Assembly (NCBI GenBank): GCA_965219665.1
Contig: CBDCOD010000023.1
Span: 56,114-120,113 of the forward strand
DNA length: 64,000 bases
DNA from: Gammaproteobacteria bacterium
Lineage (GTDB): Bacteria > Pseudomonadota > Gammaproteobacteria > CAKMZV01
Direction: 5' to 3'
Shown here: positions 11,326 through 21,028 of the stretch, piece after piece
Layout of the letters: every line of letters begins with the position of its first letter
How positions within the stretch are numbered: position 1 is the stretch's first letter
Made by a program: the position numbers and the translations under genes
The notes under the pieces: model-generated
Databases searched by the model: none
The model's input: only the letters and a program-made list of their open reading frames with translations
What the model was told of the DNA's origin: nothing

Positions 11326-12832
11326 TTTTCTTATTCATGCTAGAGGCTTTGCGTTTCTTAGCAGCTTCAATAGCACGTTGGCGAACATCTTGTGGATTAG
11401 ATGATTTTTGTTGCTCGCTTATTGCTTGCTTTAACTGTATGCGCTTAGCCGCTATACGCTTTTCTCGCTCATTCTTAATGTGTTCCAAACGGCTCTCACG
11501 CTCTTCAAAGCGCTGACGTGCAACAGCTGCCAATTTTCTTTCTTGCTGTGCTTCTCTCAATTCTGCTTTGCTCGTTTTATAGACTTGAGTGAGTGGTATT
11601 TTACTGGGGCATACATAATCACAACAGCCACATTCTATACAATCAAACAATCTGTAAGCCAGCATTTGCTGTTCATTTTTTGCTTTAGAAAAATAGAAAA
11701 GTTGCTGTGGTATCAAATGCATAGGGCAGGCGACTTCACATTCTCCACAACGAATGCATGCCTCTTCCTTCCTGCTGTCATCGTGGTAATTGATAATAAT
11801 GCTAGTGGTCGTTGGTAGTATAGGATATTGAAGATTCAGGAGGCTTTTGCCCATCATAAGCCCTCCTGCTATCGTATCACCCTTGGCCTTATAGGAGAGG
11901 ACTTGTAGTAGCGAGGCAATACTTTGTCCAATATGTGCCCAGATCAACTCACTTTTCTGCTGCTCTATATCAATAAGGCTAATTAAACGTTTTTGTGGAG
12001 GTATTCCTGTTACAACGGCTTGAAATACAGCGTAACAAGTAGCAACATTAAAACTGACTATGCCTATTTCTTGTGGGTAGTGCATGCCACTAATCTGTTT
12101 CCCCCAAATGTATTCTATAATTTGCTTTTCGCCACCTATGGGGTAGTAATCAGTGAGCATTTCTATGCGAATACTGACATCCGTTTGTATTGCCTCAGAG
12201 GCAATCTGAAGTGCTTGAATCGCTTGTGCATTATTGTTTTTTATCGCTATGACAATACTGGGGCATTGTGTTGCTTTTGCCAGTAAAAGAATGCCATTAA
12301 GCACATCAGCCGCCTGCTCAATTAAAAGGCCTTCATCACTGCGTACTAAGGGCTCACATTCACAAGCATTTAGAACAATATGTTTTAAGGGTTGTGTAAG
12401 CTTGAGCGCAGCAGGGAATCCTGCCCCACCCATGCCAACAATGCCTGCTTGAGTGATGCGTTCTACTATACTTTCAGGTGCCCAGTTTAGCGCTTGCTCT
12501 ATGGTGACTGTATGCCAAGCTGTGGTAGCATCACTCTTAATAGCATGATTAGGACTGAGAACAATATAAGGTTGCCCCTCTAAAGCAATGTAGGCTTCTA
12601 TACACGCATTGACTGGGCTAATGACGCATCTGTGTCTCTGTAAAGGGTCTATTTGAATGCATTGCCCTACGGTGACTGTGTCCCCTAGTTTAAGAGGTGC
12701 ATCGCAATCTGTTAATAAAGGTATTAGCCATTGTTTAGGTGATGGTATATGTTGAGGAGCACGCAAAGGTTCATTGCTCTTGCTCAAATTCAGTGTAACA
12801 CCACCTTGCATGTTTTTAATCGACTTGAACAT
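11315..12832 (-). CDS. rnfC: Rnf complex subunit C
   Basis: NADH/FMN-binding GMGGAGFP motif, two 4Fe-4S ferredoxin motifs (CIRCGECEVACP, CIECGCCDYVCP) and a lysine-rich C-terminal tail. Confidence 0.9.
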   Translation of the reverse strand: MFKSIKNMQGGVTLNLSKSNEPLRAPQHIPSPKQWLIPLLTDCDAPLKLGDTVTVGQCIQIDPLQRHRCVISPVNACIEAYIALEGQPYIVLSPNHAIKSDATTAWHTVTIEQALNWAPESIVERITQAGIVGMGGAGFPAALKLTQPLKHIVLNACECEPLVRSDEGLLIEQAADVLNGILLLAKATQCPSIVIAIKNNNAQAIQALQIASEAIQTDVSIRIEMLTDYYPIGGEKQIIEYIWGKQISGMHYPQEIGIVSFNVATCYAVFQAVVTGIPPQKRLISLIDIEQQKSELIWAHIGQSIASLLQVLSYKAKGDTIAGGLMMGKSLLNLQYPILPTTTSIIINYHDDSRKEEACIRCGECEVACPMHLIPQQLFYFSKAKNEQQMLAYRLFDCIECGCCDYVCPSKIPLTQVYKTSKAELREAQQERKLAAVARQRFEERESRLEHIKNEREKRIAAKRIQLKQAISEQQKSSNPQDVRQRAIEAAKKRKASSMNKKNES

Positions 12833-13349
12833 AGGCTGAGAATTGTTTATACAAAGGCGTTATTCTTTGTTTAAGTTCCATTTTGATACAGTTAGTAGGG
12901 CAGACTGGAACACACAACTCGCACCCAGTGCATTCTGATGTAATGACTGTATGCATTTGCTTACTGGCACCAAGGATAGCATCTACTGGACAGGCTTTAA
13001 TGCAGAGCAAGCAGCCAATACATTTCTCTTCTTCAATGAAGGCTATCTGATTTTTATCACTTTCTTGTTCTTGCAAACTAATAGCTTCTCTACCTAATAA
13101 TTCGGCAAGTTTTATAACTGTTTGCTGTCCACCTGGTGGACATCGGTTGATGTCTGCTTCTCCATTAGCGATAGCCTTTGCATAAGGGCGGCATCCAGGA
13201 TAGTCACACTGCCCACATTGTGTTTGTGGCAACAGCTGGTCAATTTGATCTACTAATGGGTTATCTTTGCGTGCATAGCGTTTAGCAATCCAATGCAGCA
13301 GCAAGCCCAGTATAGCAGCTAGCAGAAGTAGATAGAGTATGGTCGTCAT
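12816..13349 (-). CDS. rnfB: Rnf complex subunit B
   Basis: N-terminal TM, a CxxCxxxxC cluster (CGQCDYPGC) and two ferredoxin CxxCxxCxxxCP motifs. Confidence 0.9.
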   Translation of the reverse strand: MTTILYLLLLAAILGLLLHWIAKRYARKDNPLVDQIDQLLPQTQCGQCDYPGCRPYAKAIANGEADINRCPPGGQQTVIKLAELLGREAISLQEQESDKNQIAFIEEEKCIGCLLCIKACPVDAILGASKQMHTVITSECTGCELCVPVCPTNCIKMELKQRITPLYKQFSAYVQVD

Positions 13350-13921
13350 ATAACGCCAGCAAATCCCATAAAAGCAATTGCCATAAATCCAGCCGTAATA
13401 AAGGCAATTGGGGTTCCCTTAAATACTGATGGGACATCTGCTGCTTCTAAGCGCTCTCTAATTGTCGAAAATTGTGCTAAAACTAAGGTGAATCCTAATG
13501 AAGCCCCTAAGCCATACCAAAGCGAGCTAAGTAACGTGGTGTTTTGGTTGATATTAAGGACAGCAACGCCTAAAACAGCGCAGTTTGTAGTAATAAGGGG
13601 TAAATAAACGCCCATCATTTGGTATAGCTGCGGGTTGCTTTTATATAAGAAACTTTCAAGAGAACTTACGACAGCTGCAATTACCATAATAAAGCTGATG
13701 ATTCTTAGGTATTCCAGATTGAGTGGTTGCAAAACATAGTTCCATAACAGATAACTCAGCACTGCAGAAAGTGTGAGCACTAAGGTAGTGGCTAAGCCCA
13801 TTCCAATAGCTACTTCAGGGCGCTTTGAAGTTCCCATAAAGGGACAGAGACCTAAGAACTGGCTTAATATAAAATTATTGATCAGCGCAGTTGAGGTGAT
13901 AATGAGTAGAGCTTCAATCAT
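13346..13921 (-). CDS. rnfA: Rnf complex subunit A
   Basis: 191-aa polytopic protein closely matching RnfA (FLGLCPFMG, LPLITTNCAVLG, TIRERL). Confidence 0.9.
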   Translation of the reverse strand: MIEALLIITSTALINNFILSQFLGLCPFMGTSKRPEVAIGMGLATTLVLTLSAVLSYLLWNYVLQPLNLEYLRIISFIMVIAAVVSSLESFLYKSNPQLYQMMGVYLPLITTNCAVLGVAVLNINQNTTLLSSLWYGLGASLGFTLVLAQFSTIRERLEAADVPSVFKGTPIAFITAGFMAIAFMGFAGVI

Positions 13922-13975
13922 ACTGCTCTTATAAAAATCATATAGTTAGCCATTCTCCCTTGGGATGTACGTTTA

Positions 13976-15991
13976 TTACCGTATAGGAAGCCCTGCCGCT
14001 TGAATATCTTGCTCTTGAGGGGATAAAAGCCACAATCTATCGCCACCATCCACAGTTAGAATCATGCCCTCAGATACTCCAAAGCGCATTTTTCTAGGTT
14101 TTAGATTACTTACATAGGCAGTATAGCGCCCAATTAAGTCATCTGGAGTATAGTGTGCTTTAATACCAGAGAATACTTGACGTGTGCCCAGTTTACCTAA
14201 ATCCAAACGGAGTTTGAGCAACTTATGAGCATCAGGTACTGCTTCAGCTTCTATGATTTTTGCTAAGCGCAGATCCACTTTGTTCAAAGTATCAAGAGAA
14301 ATCATATGATTATTTACATCTATTCCTTCTGTACTCATTTCGTTGTTATTTTTTACTGTTTTAACTGGATCAGGCATTAGTTTTTCAATATTTTTCTTAT
14401 CTAATCTTTGGATTAAAGGAGTGAATTCATTGATTTTGTGTCCTTCTTTCAAAGTTTTATCAAACTGAGGAAAAACATCAATAGACACATTAAGTAGCAT
14501 TTCAGATTGTTTGACAAATTCTGGTATGATGGGTTTAAGCCATCCAACAAGAAAGTAGAATAAATGTATACCCATGCTGGCGCATTGATGTAAGCGCTCT
14601 TTTTGGCTGGCATCTTTTGCCAGCTTCCACGGCTGTTCATCGCTGATGAACTGGTTGACTATATCTGCCATTTTCATGATAGTGCGCACTGCTGAGGCTG
14701 TGTTACAGGCTTCGTAGTTGGCGATTATTGAGTCGTGGTTTTCCTTAAAGGTTGCGATAAGTGTTGCATCGCAAGGTTCTGCAAGGCGACCATCAAAAAA
14801 GCGATGAATAAATGGAAATAAGCGACTGGGGATATTAGCAATTTTCCCTACTAAATCTGAATTATGTTTGTGTAAAAAATCTTGTAAATCCAAATCAATA
14901 TCTTCAACTTTTCCATTCAGTTTGGCAGCCATGTAGTATCGTAAGGAGTCGGCCTCAAAATGCTCTAAATAGTGTTCAGCTGTAATGAAAGTGCCTCGTG
15001 ATTTAGACATTTTTTCACCATTGATGGTCAGAAAGCCATGTACATGGATGCGTGTTGGCTTCCTATAGCCACTTCCTTCCAACATTGCAGGCCAGAATAG
15101 GCAGTGAAAGTTAGTAATATCTTTGCCAATAAAGTGATGTAACTCACAGGTGCTCTCAGGGATAAACCATTCATCAAAATCTATCTGCTTTTGTTGACAG
15201 AAGTACTTAAAACTAGCCATATAGCCAATTGGCGCATCAAGCCATACATAAAAATACTTATCTGTGTTACCAGGAATAGTAAAGCCAAAGTATGGGCTAT
15301 CACGTGTAATATCCCAACTTTGAAGACCCGTTTGCAGCCATTCGTCCATTTTGTTAGAAACACTTTCATTTAAAGTGCCAGAGCGTGTCCATTCTTTCAG
15401 AAAAGCAGTAAATTGTGCCAAATCAAAAAAGTAATGCTCAGTTTGCTTAGTAACAGGTGTTGCATTGGAGAGCGTAGAGCGTGGATTTTTTAATTCAGTA
15501 GAAGTGTACGTTGCACCACACGCTTCGCAGTTGTCTCCATATTGATCTAATGCACCACATTTAGGACATTCTCCTTTAATATAACGATCAGGCAAGAATA
15601 TTTCTGCTTTAGGATCGTATGCTTGAGCTATGCTTTTTTGAGTAATATAGCCAGCTTGATTAAGGCGGTTATAAATAGATTCAGATAGCTCTTTATTTTC
15701 ATCACTATGTGTAGAGTGATAGTGGTCAAAATTGATACCAAACCGTGAGAAGTCACGCTCATGCTCTTTTTTGACTTGATTGATGAGTTTTTCTGGTGTA
15801 ATGCCTTGCTCTTTTGCTTTGAGCATGATGGCTGTGCCATGTGCATCATCAGCACAAACGTAGTAGCATAAATTACCTGACATTTTTTGGAAGCGTACCC
15901 ATACGTCAGTTTGTATGTACTCAACCATGTGTCCAAGGTGAATAGCACCATTAGCATAAGGTAGGGCACTTGTGACAAGAATTTTTTTCAT
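13976..15991 (-). CDS. metG: Methionyl-tRNA synthetase with C-terminal tRNA-binding domain
   Basis: HIGH motif ANGAIHLGH, KMSKS, zinc knuckle CPKCG...CEACG and a C-terminal EMAP-like domain. Confidence 0.95.
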   Translation of the reverse strand: MKKILVTSALPYANGAIHLGHMVEYIQTDVWVRFQKMSGNLCYYVCADDAHGTAIMLKAKEQGITPEKLINQVKKEHERDFSRFGINFDHYHSTHSDENKELSESIYNRLNQAGYITQKSIAQAYDPKAEIFLPDRYIKGECPKCGALDQYGDNCEACGATYTSTELKNPRSTLSNATPVTKQTEHYFFDLAQFTAFLKEWTRSGTLNESVSNKMDEWLQTGLQSWDITRDSPYFGFTIPGNTDKYFYVWLDAPIGYMASFKYFCQQKQIDFDEWFIPESTCELHHFIGKDITNFHCLFWPAMLEGSGYRKPTRIHVHGFLTINGEKMSKSRGTFITAEHYLEHFEADSLRYYMAAKLNGKVEDIDLDLQDFLHKHNSDLVGKIANIPSRLFPFIHRFFDGRLAEPCDATLIATFKENHDSIIANYEACNTASAVRTIMKMADIVNQFISDEQPWKLAKDASQKERLHQCASMGIHLFYFLVGWLKPIIPEFVKQSEMLLNVSIDVFPQFDKTLKEGHKINEFTPLIQRLDKKNIEKLMPDPVKTVKNNNEMSTEGIDVNNHMISLDTLNKVDLRLAKIIEAEAVPDAHKLLKLRLDLGKLGTRQVFSGIKAHYTPDDLIGRYTAYVSNLKPRKMRFGVSEGMILTVDGGDRLWLLSPQEQDIQAAGLPIR

Positions 15992-16078
15992 ATTGTGATG
16001 GTTTTATATTAGGGGTTATGCTATTCCACTCTGTAGTATTTTCTTACCAGCTGAAGGGCAGCACAACATGAGCATGCC

Positions 16079-17410
16079 CTATTCAAACTCTAATTGACGA
16101 AATATCGTAGCAGCGTTTGTGCGTGCCAATTCATGAAAAGTATTAAGATGTTGGAATGCGCTTTGATCTACTTCGTATGCCTCATTTAATCCACCACCTT
16201 CTTCTATAATTTCACGCATAGTGTCACGCATATATACTAAATAGTCATGAGTATATTTGCGTACTTGTGCAACATTAGTTACGCCACCATGTCCGGGTAT
16301 GAGGATATTAGGTTTTAGAGCTTCTAATTTTGCCCAGGTATCTATCCAAGCATTTACATCTGTATATTCAAATACAGCAAGCAAGCGTTCGTGGAAGGCA
16401 ACATCTCCTGCAATCAAGATTTTTTGTTTGGGTAGCCACACACTAATATCGCCAGGGCTGTGTGAGGGACCAAGGTATAAAATTTCTATTTCAAAATCCC
16501 CCAACTCTAAATATTCTGCATCCTCAAAGGTTACTTCTGGAAGTGATAAAGCGGTAAAAGCTGCTTTATTACGGCGATTTCTTTGCATGCGCTCTAGTAC
16601 AGCTCTACCATATTTCTCAATTTCTGCTTCAGCATCTTGATGCGCAATAACACGTGCTCCTTGTTCTTGCCAATAATTCATGCCTAGCATAGCATGTCCT
16701 TGACCATTCTCTAATATGACGTAGCGTACTTTTTCATCGGTTATTTTTTTGATTTCTTCATGCAAAGAACGTGCCAATAAGTAATTATCACCAGCATTGA
16801 TAACTACCACCCCTTCACCTGTCACAATGAAGGATAAATTGTTATTGTGTCCCGAATTAGCATAGGATGGTGGCCCAGCGTCACCAATAGCAGTGTAAAC
16901 GCCTTCCGCCACTTTTTGAGGCTTGCTATACAAAAAAGTGTCTAAAGCACGATCAGGTACATCTACTGGCAGCCCCTTGTCTTTCCATGCAAAGAAGCCA
17001 TCCTGATAGTTCTTTACGTTGGTATATCCCATTTTTTGTAGGGTGAGTGCTGCCAACGGGCTGCGCCTGTTTTGCCCACAGTACACAACAATTTCATCGC
17101 TTTTATTAGGAACAAGATCTTCAACCTGAAACTCTAACCAGCCTCTGTTTACACGAAAAGTATTAGGAGCGTCTATGCTGCCCCCCAGTAGTTCTATTTC
17201 GAAAGGTTGACGCACGTCTAATATGTAGGTTTGTGGTTTTCTCTGTAATAACGTTTGGAGTTGGGTGGTGTTGATATTAGTAATCTTTGCTTGTGCGCTT
17301 TTAAGCAGTTTATCCGCTGTGCTATCAGCATAGGCTGCCGTAGTCGCAGAAACGCTTATGATAAAAGCAAAAATGAGTTGAGCCCTGTTTTTCTGTATTG
17401 GAGTGTGCAT
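16079..17410 (-). CDS. Secreted rhodanese-domain / MBL-fold metallo-hydrolase fusion protein
   Basis: Signal peptide, rhodanese active-site loop VVYCGQNRRS, then MBL-fold motifs (ISVWLPKQKILIAGD, IPGHGG). Confidence 0.65.
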   Translation of the reverse strand: MHTPIQKNRAQLIFAFIISVSATTAAYADSTADKLLKSAQAKITNINTTQLQTLLQRKPQTYILDVRQPFEIELLGGSIDAPNTFRVNRGWLEFQVEDLVPNKSDEIVVYCGQNRRSPLAALTLQKMGYTNVKNYQDGFFAWKDKGLPVDVPDRALDTFLYSKPQKVAEGVYTAIGDAGPPSYANSGHNNNLSFIVTGEGVVVINAGDNYLLARSLHEEIKKITDEKVRYVILENGQGHAMLGMNYWQEQGARVIAHQDAEAEIEKYGRAVLERMQRNRRNKAAFTALSLPEVTFEDAEYLELGDFEIEILYLGPSHSPGDISVWLPKQKILIAGDVAFHERLLAVFEYTDVNAWIDTWAKLEALKPNILIPGHGGVTNVAQVRKYTHDYLVYMRDTMREIIEEGGGLNEAYEVDQSAFQHLNTFHELARTNAATIFRQLEFE

Positions 17411-17468
17411 AATAAAAATGAAATAATGTTTGTGACTTGTAGATAGAGTTTAAGTTATAGCATGTACA

Positions 17469-18008
17469 ATGTCGGCAAATTATACCTCTAATCCCTCACT
17501 GTTAAAGACCATGAAAATCAAAAAAATACTACTGATTCATCTAATTTTCGTATTCTCTCTGCTATCAGCTTGCACACAAGACAAAGGAGAGACATCCTCC
17601 AATGCAATTGAATATAGCTGGAAAGGCATACGCGGTGATACCATTACGCTGAGTGATTATCGTGGTCAATGGCTGGTACTGAACTATTGGGCAACATGGT
17701 GTCCCCCCTGTCGTGAAGAAATGCCAGAGTTAGATGCATTTCACCAACATCATAGCGCTAAAGGTGTAGCAAGTGTTATAGGAGTAAATTATGAGGAAGT
17801 TGACTCAGAAACGTTAAATACTTTTTTGGAGGAGTATTTCATTACATTTCCTATAGTAAAGATGGAAAATTTATCAGGAGTAACACCTTTCGGCAATATA
17901 GTCGGTTTACCGACAACTTTTGTACTTAATCCGCAAGGGGAATTAGTTTTTGGGCGAGCAGGTGTTATTTCCGAATCGGAATTAAATGAGATTATCAGCA
18001 AGAAATAG
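17469..18008 (+). CDS. TlpA/ResA-like thiol-disulfide oxidoreductase, probable lipoprotein
   Basis: Lipobox LLSAC and thioredoxin-fold active site WATWCPPCREEMPEL. Confidence 0.7.
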   Translation: MSANYTSNPSLLKTMKIKKILLIHLIFVFSLLSACTQDKGETSSNAIEYSWKGIRGDTITLSDYRGQWLVLNYWATWCPPCREEMPELDAFHQHHSAKGVASVIGVNYEEVDSETLNTFLEEYFITFPIVKMENLSGVTPFGNIVGLPTTFVLNPQGELVFGRAGVISESELNEIISKK

Positions 18009-18303
18009 CACACAATAAGGTGTGTTTGTGTTCAACGGTTTTTTGCATTTTTCAGTAGTTTATATTCCTTATCAAGCAGTTACATACAAATGTGTATAAG
18101 TTTGCTAGTTATTGTGTAGTTGGAGTTAGCAACACATAGATAATGAAAAACATATTTCATAAAAAAATCAAGAAAAATCAAATAAATACAGGTTTTTTTC
18201 TACTTCACTTTCTTAATATTTTATGCTATTGTATTATGTGGATAACTCTGTTCATAACTTGCAGAAACCCTATAAAAATAGGCATAACAGAACACTGGAT
18301 AAC

Positions 18304-19065
18304 TCACTGGGATTGTGAATCAAATAGGGCTCTTTGCAGCAGGTAAGGAGAAGTCCAATGCACTAAGTCATCAAAATTATTGGCTGCGATTGTATGCTGA
18401 CGATCTCGTAGCACAAAATGCTCGTCGTTATTCATACCCCATCCCAATAATGTTGCTTCACCACTGTTCTCCATAGAATGTTCATCTCCTGTTGCAGCAC
18501 TTTCACCAACAGATAGCAAAATAAAGGGGGCAGTGTTGGTTAGCTGTGTGGCTGTCCCACTGCAATCATTAGCATTGGTGCATACTATTAAGTCACCAAA
18601 CAGTTGCTCATAACTGGTTAAATTTGATAGTCGCTTCCTGTCAAGCCATAAATTGTTGTTTTCTTCGCTTATCGTGTAGCGAATAGGGCGATTCCAACTA
18701 TCTAATAAAAGGCCCTGTGCATTACGTGCACCGTTGAGAGATAGTGTTGTACTGGGTACAAAGCCGTTAGTGGTGCTGCAATTAGGGGTGGGCATTTCTT
18801 GATAGCTTTCTATGCCGCCAGTTGCAGAAGGACAGGGTAGGCGCTTGTTGGCTATTAAAAACTGTACAATCGTAGTCGCTATATTTTGCAGTTGCTGCTC
18901 TGTTTCAGCGTAATGTGTCTGCCGTTGCTGCTCTAATAGTGGCAATACCACGTGATTACTAAGCACAGCAATGATAAGCAAGACAATAGACAGTTCTAAT
19001 ATGGAAAAACCTGTTTGAAGAGTAAGAGCGTGCTGTTTGAGTGCGGTTGAGCGCTTTTGGTGCAT
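18304..19065 (-). CDS. Prepilin-type (pseudo)pilin with an unusually long leader
   Basis: N-terminal ...LQTGFSILELSIVLLIIAVL has the G|F...E5 prepilin-peptidase cleavage and methylation motif preceded by an 18-aa leader. 253 aa. Confidence 0.65.
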   Translation of the reverse strand: MHQKRSTALKQHALTLQTGFSILELSIVLLIIAVLSNHVVLPLLEQQRQTHYAETEQQLQNIATTIVQFLIANKRLPCPSATGGIESYQEMPTPNCSTTNGFVPSTTLSLNGARNAQGLLLDSWNRPIRYTISEENNNLWLDRKRLSNLTSYEQLFGDLIVCTNANDCSGTATQLTNTAPFILLSVGESAATGDEHSMENSGEATLLGWGMNNDEHFVLRDRQHTIAANNFDDLVHWTSPYLLQRALFDSQSQ

Positions 19066-19087
19066 AGTTTAAATCATAATTGCTTGT

Positions 19088-20308
19088 TTAGCAGTTTGCA
19101 AATTGCCAAAGCGTATTTAAGCAAAAATGCTGATCATTGCTTAAGTTTGCTTCTAAATAGTCCTCTACAGATATACTTGGTCGTATTTGGCTTTCTAAGC
19201 GTCTTCCTCCAAAGTGGACGCGTGCAACGTATTGGATACCGTCTATTTCTAAGCAGTTGCCGCCTAAACCACATTGTGGATAACTCTCTAACCACCAGTG
19301 ATCTTTCCACTGTACCCATAAACGACGGTGCGCTTTAACCGTTTTGCTATTGCTATCACTTATATCAATTCTTGAGCCATTGCTTAGTGTAATATTATCA
19401 CAATGTGCGTTTATTCTTGTATTATCTTGTGCCCGAAAAGGGAAACGTCCCAATTGATGACCGCTGCTAGAGCGGTAAGCAGAATTAGAGGGTAGTCTTT
19501 TTATTGTGCTAATTTTTGCTGGCAAGGGCAAACCATTGCTATTTGTTGATGATTGAGCATTTGCAAACGCTCCCAAGCAGAGTACAAGTGCTTCACCCAG
19601 TTCATCCCGTAATTGTGTGAAGCTATGCAGTGTATAAACATCTTTAAAAAGCTCCCTGCTTTTAATTAAATGCACTGAATAACTACTGGTGCTAAGCTCT
19701 AATGGTTGTTGGTTATCTGCTGGTATAACCAGATTAGGTAAGAAACTGCCAACCGTATGATCTGCTCTACAAGGCGTATTATCCCCACGCTGTTTACGCT
19801 TTAAGTTACTGGCATTAGTAGCAACAACTGCCGCTATGCCTGTATTTCCACGGTAGTGTATACGCTCTATCACATCAGCATTATGCAGAGTGTTAGCAGT
19901 TGCCAAGTTAGTCCGTGCATTGTTTGGGACAATATACCAATAGCACTCACCTTGGGCATCAAAAAGAGGCTGCATGCCAATTGAGTACCATGGGATGCGT
20001 GTGACAGACCAATTTGTATTTGCACCTGTGCAATATGATCTTCCGTCCCCTTGATTATTTGAGCCATCACCGCACGGCAAAAAACCATATAAGCCAGTAA
20101 AAGGGTTGTTTGATCTAGAAGTCCTGAGGTGATACGTTCTGGCATAAGAGACTAAATGCCGCGCTATTTTGTGCAATTGGTGGGCATTATGTTGTTTTTT
20201 TTTGTTTTGCAATGGTAAAAGAGAAAGTGATGAGATAGCAATTACTGATAACAGTAAACTCATTACCAAAAATCCTTTTTGATTGCCGTAGTATCTGTAT
20301 TCATTCAT
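19088..20308 (-). CDS. GspK/PilX-like large minor pseudopilin (no Glu+5)
   Basis: N-terminal QKGFLVMSLLLSVIAISSL is a prepilin-like hydrophobic helix lacking E5. Cysteine-rich, 406 aa, adjacent to the pseudopilin gene. Confidence 0.4.
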   Translation of the reverse strand: MNEYRYYGNQKGFLVMSLLLSVIAISSLSLLPLQNKKKQHNAHQLHKIARHLVSYARTYHLRTSRSNNPFTGLYGFLPCGDGSNNQGDGRSYCTGANTNWSVTRIPWYSIGMQPLFDAQGECYWYIVPNNARTNLATANTLHNADVIERIHYRGNTGIAAVVATNASNLKRKQRGDNTPCRADHTVGSFLPNLVIPADNQQPLELSTSSYSVHLIKSRELFKDVYTLHSFTQLRDELGEALVLCLGAFANAQSSTNSNGLPLPAKISTIKRLPSNSAYRSSSGHQLGRFPFRAQDNTRINAHCDNITLSNGSRIDISDSNSKTVKAHRRLWVQWKDHWWLESYPQCGLGGNCLEIDGIQYVARVHFGGRRLESQIRPSISVEDYLEANLSNDQHFCLNTLWQFANC

Positions 20309-20612
20309 GATACTCTATCCATTTGTTTTTTTTCCATTTCCATATACTTCCGTTAACTCTAATTACGCCATGTATTGGGCTTTTATCATTAAGAATAGTA
20401 GTCGAAGGACTGGAGAGTAAGGGGCGATCGACAGCCTCTTTTGTTTGTTTTGTCGTTGTGATTGTTTTTTGTTCTAAATGTTGGCTAACTTGCTTGAATA
20501 ATTGTTGAAAAGGTTGACTTTCAACTGCCAAGGAATCTGTAGTCGTATTTGCTGTTATCAGCAGTAAGGCTCCATGCAAAAAAGGCGATAGAGTAGGGCG
20601 AGTTATCTTCAT
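20301..20612 (-). CDS. Small periplasmic protein, possible PilP/GspC-like secretin-interacting component
   Basis: Signal peptide, then Thr-rich linker and a short beta-rich C-terminus. The call rests mainly on position within the cluster. Confidence 0.3.
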   Translation of the reverse strand: MKITRPTLSPFLHGALLLITANTTTDSLAVESQPFQQLFKQVSQHLEQKTITTTKQTKEAVDRPLLSSPSTTILNDKSPIHGVIRVNGSIWKWKKNKWIEYHE

Positions 20613-20619
20613 AAATCAG

Positions 20620-21024
20620 TCAGTGGTATGTTAGTTCACAATTGGCATTGAGCGCCGCCGGTTCTTTACGCGATACAAATAAACGGCACATATTTAATTT
20701 CAATAAATGCTTGGAGTTAATGAGCTCAGATGCTGCTGTCCAGTATTGGTGCCATGCATGTTCGTTAATTGCAATAAAAGAAAGGGTTACTTTTTTATTA
20801 TGCCGCTCCCGCTTCAATTGCAGGGCAAGCTCATTTTTATGTGCAAGCCTTTGGAGATCATCTAACTGCTTATATAACTCTTGCAAATTAGTTTTTTGTG
20901 GCAATTTTGGACTGATTGGCCTGATGATGGGCTTATCGTTTATAGCATTATGACGCTCAAAATATATAAAATACATCATTGTGCAAATGCATAGACCCAA
21001 TAGTAATGACAGTACGCTATACAT
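20620..21024 (-). CDS. Bitopic membrane protein, possible GspM/PilO-like assembly component
   Basis: N-terminal TM helix followed by a predicted coiled-coil periplasmic region. Position only. Confidence 0.3.
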   Translation of the reverse strand: MYSVLSLLLGLCICTMMYFIYFERHNAINDKPIIRPISPKLPQKTNLQELYKQLDDLQRLAHKNELALQLKRERHNKKVTLSFIAINEHAWHQYWTAASELINSKHLLKLNMCRLFVSRKEPAALNANCELTYH

Positions 21025-21028
21025 ATTT

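Noticed and set aside
18237-18245. Perfect DnaA box TGTGGATAA (plus a 2-mismatch copy near 18293) in the AT-rich intergenic region before the pseudopilin gene; possible origin?
   Set aside because: A single 9-mer is expected by chance about once every 130 kb (roughly 0.5 per 64-kb window). There is no cluster of boxes and no dnaA, dnaN or gidA nearby. Also, rpmH-rnpA in this window is not next to dnaA.
18143-18346. 67-aa ORF overlapping the 3' end of the pseudopilin gene
   Set aside because: Low-complexity, Lys/Ile-rich translation of AT-rich DNA. It overlaps a convergent gene end. Probably non-coding.
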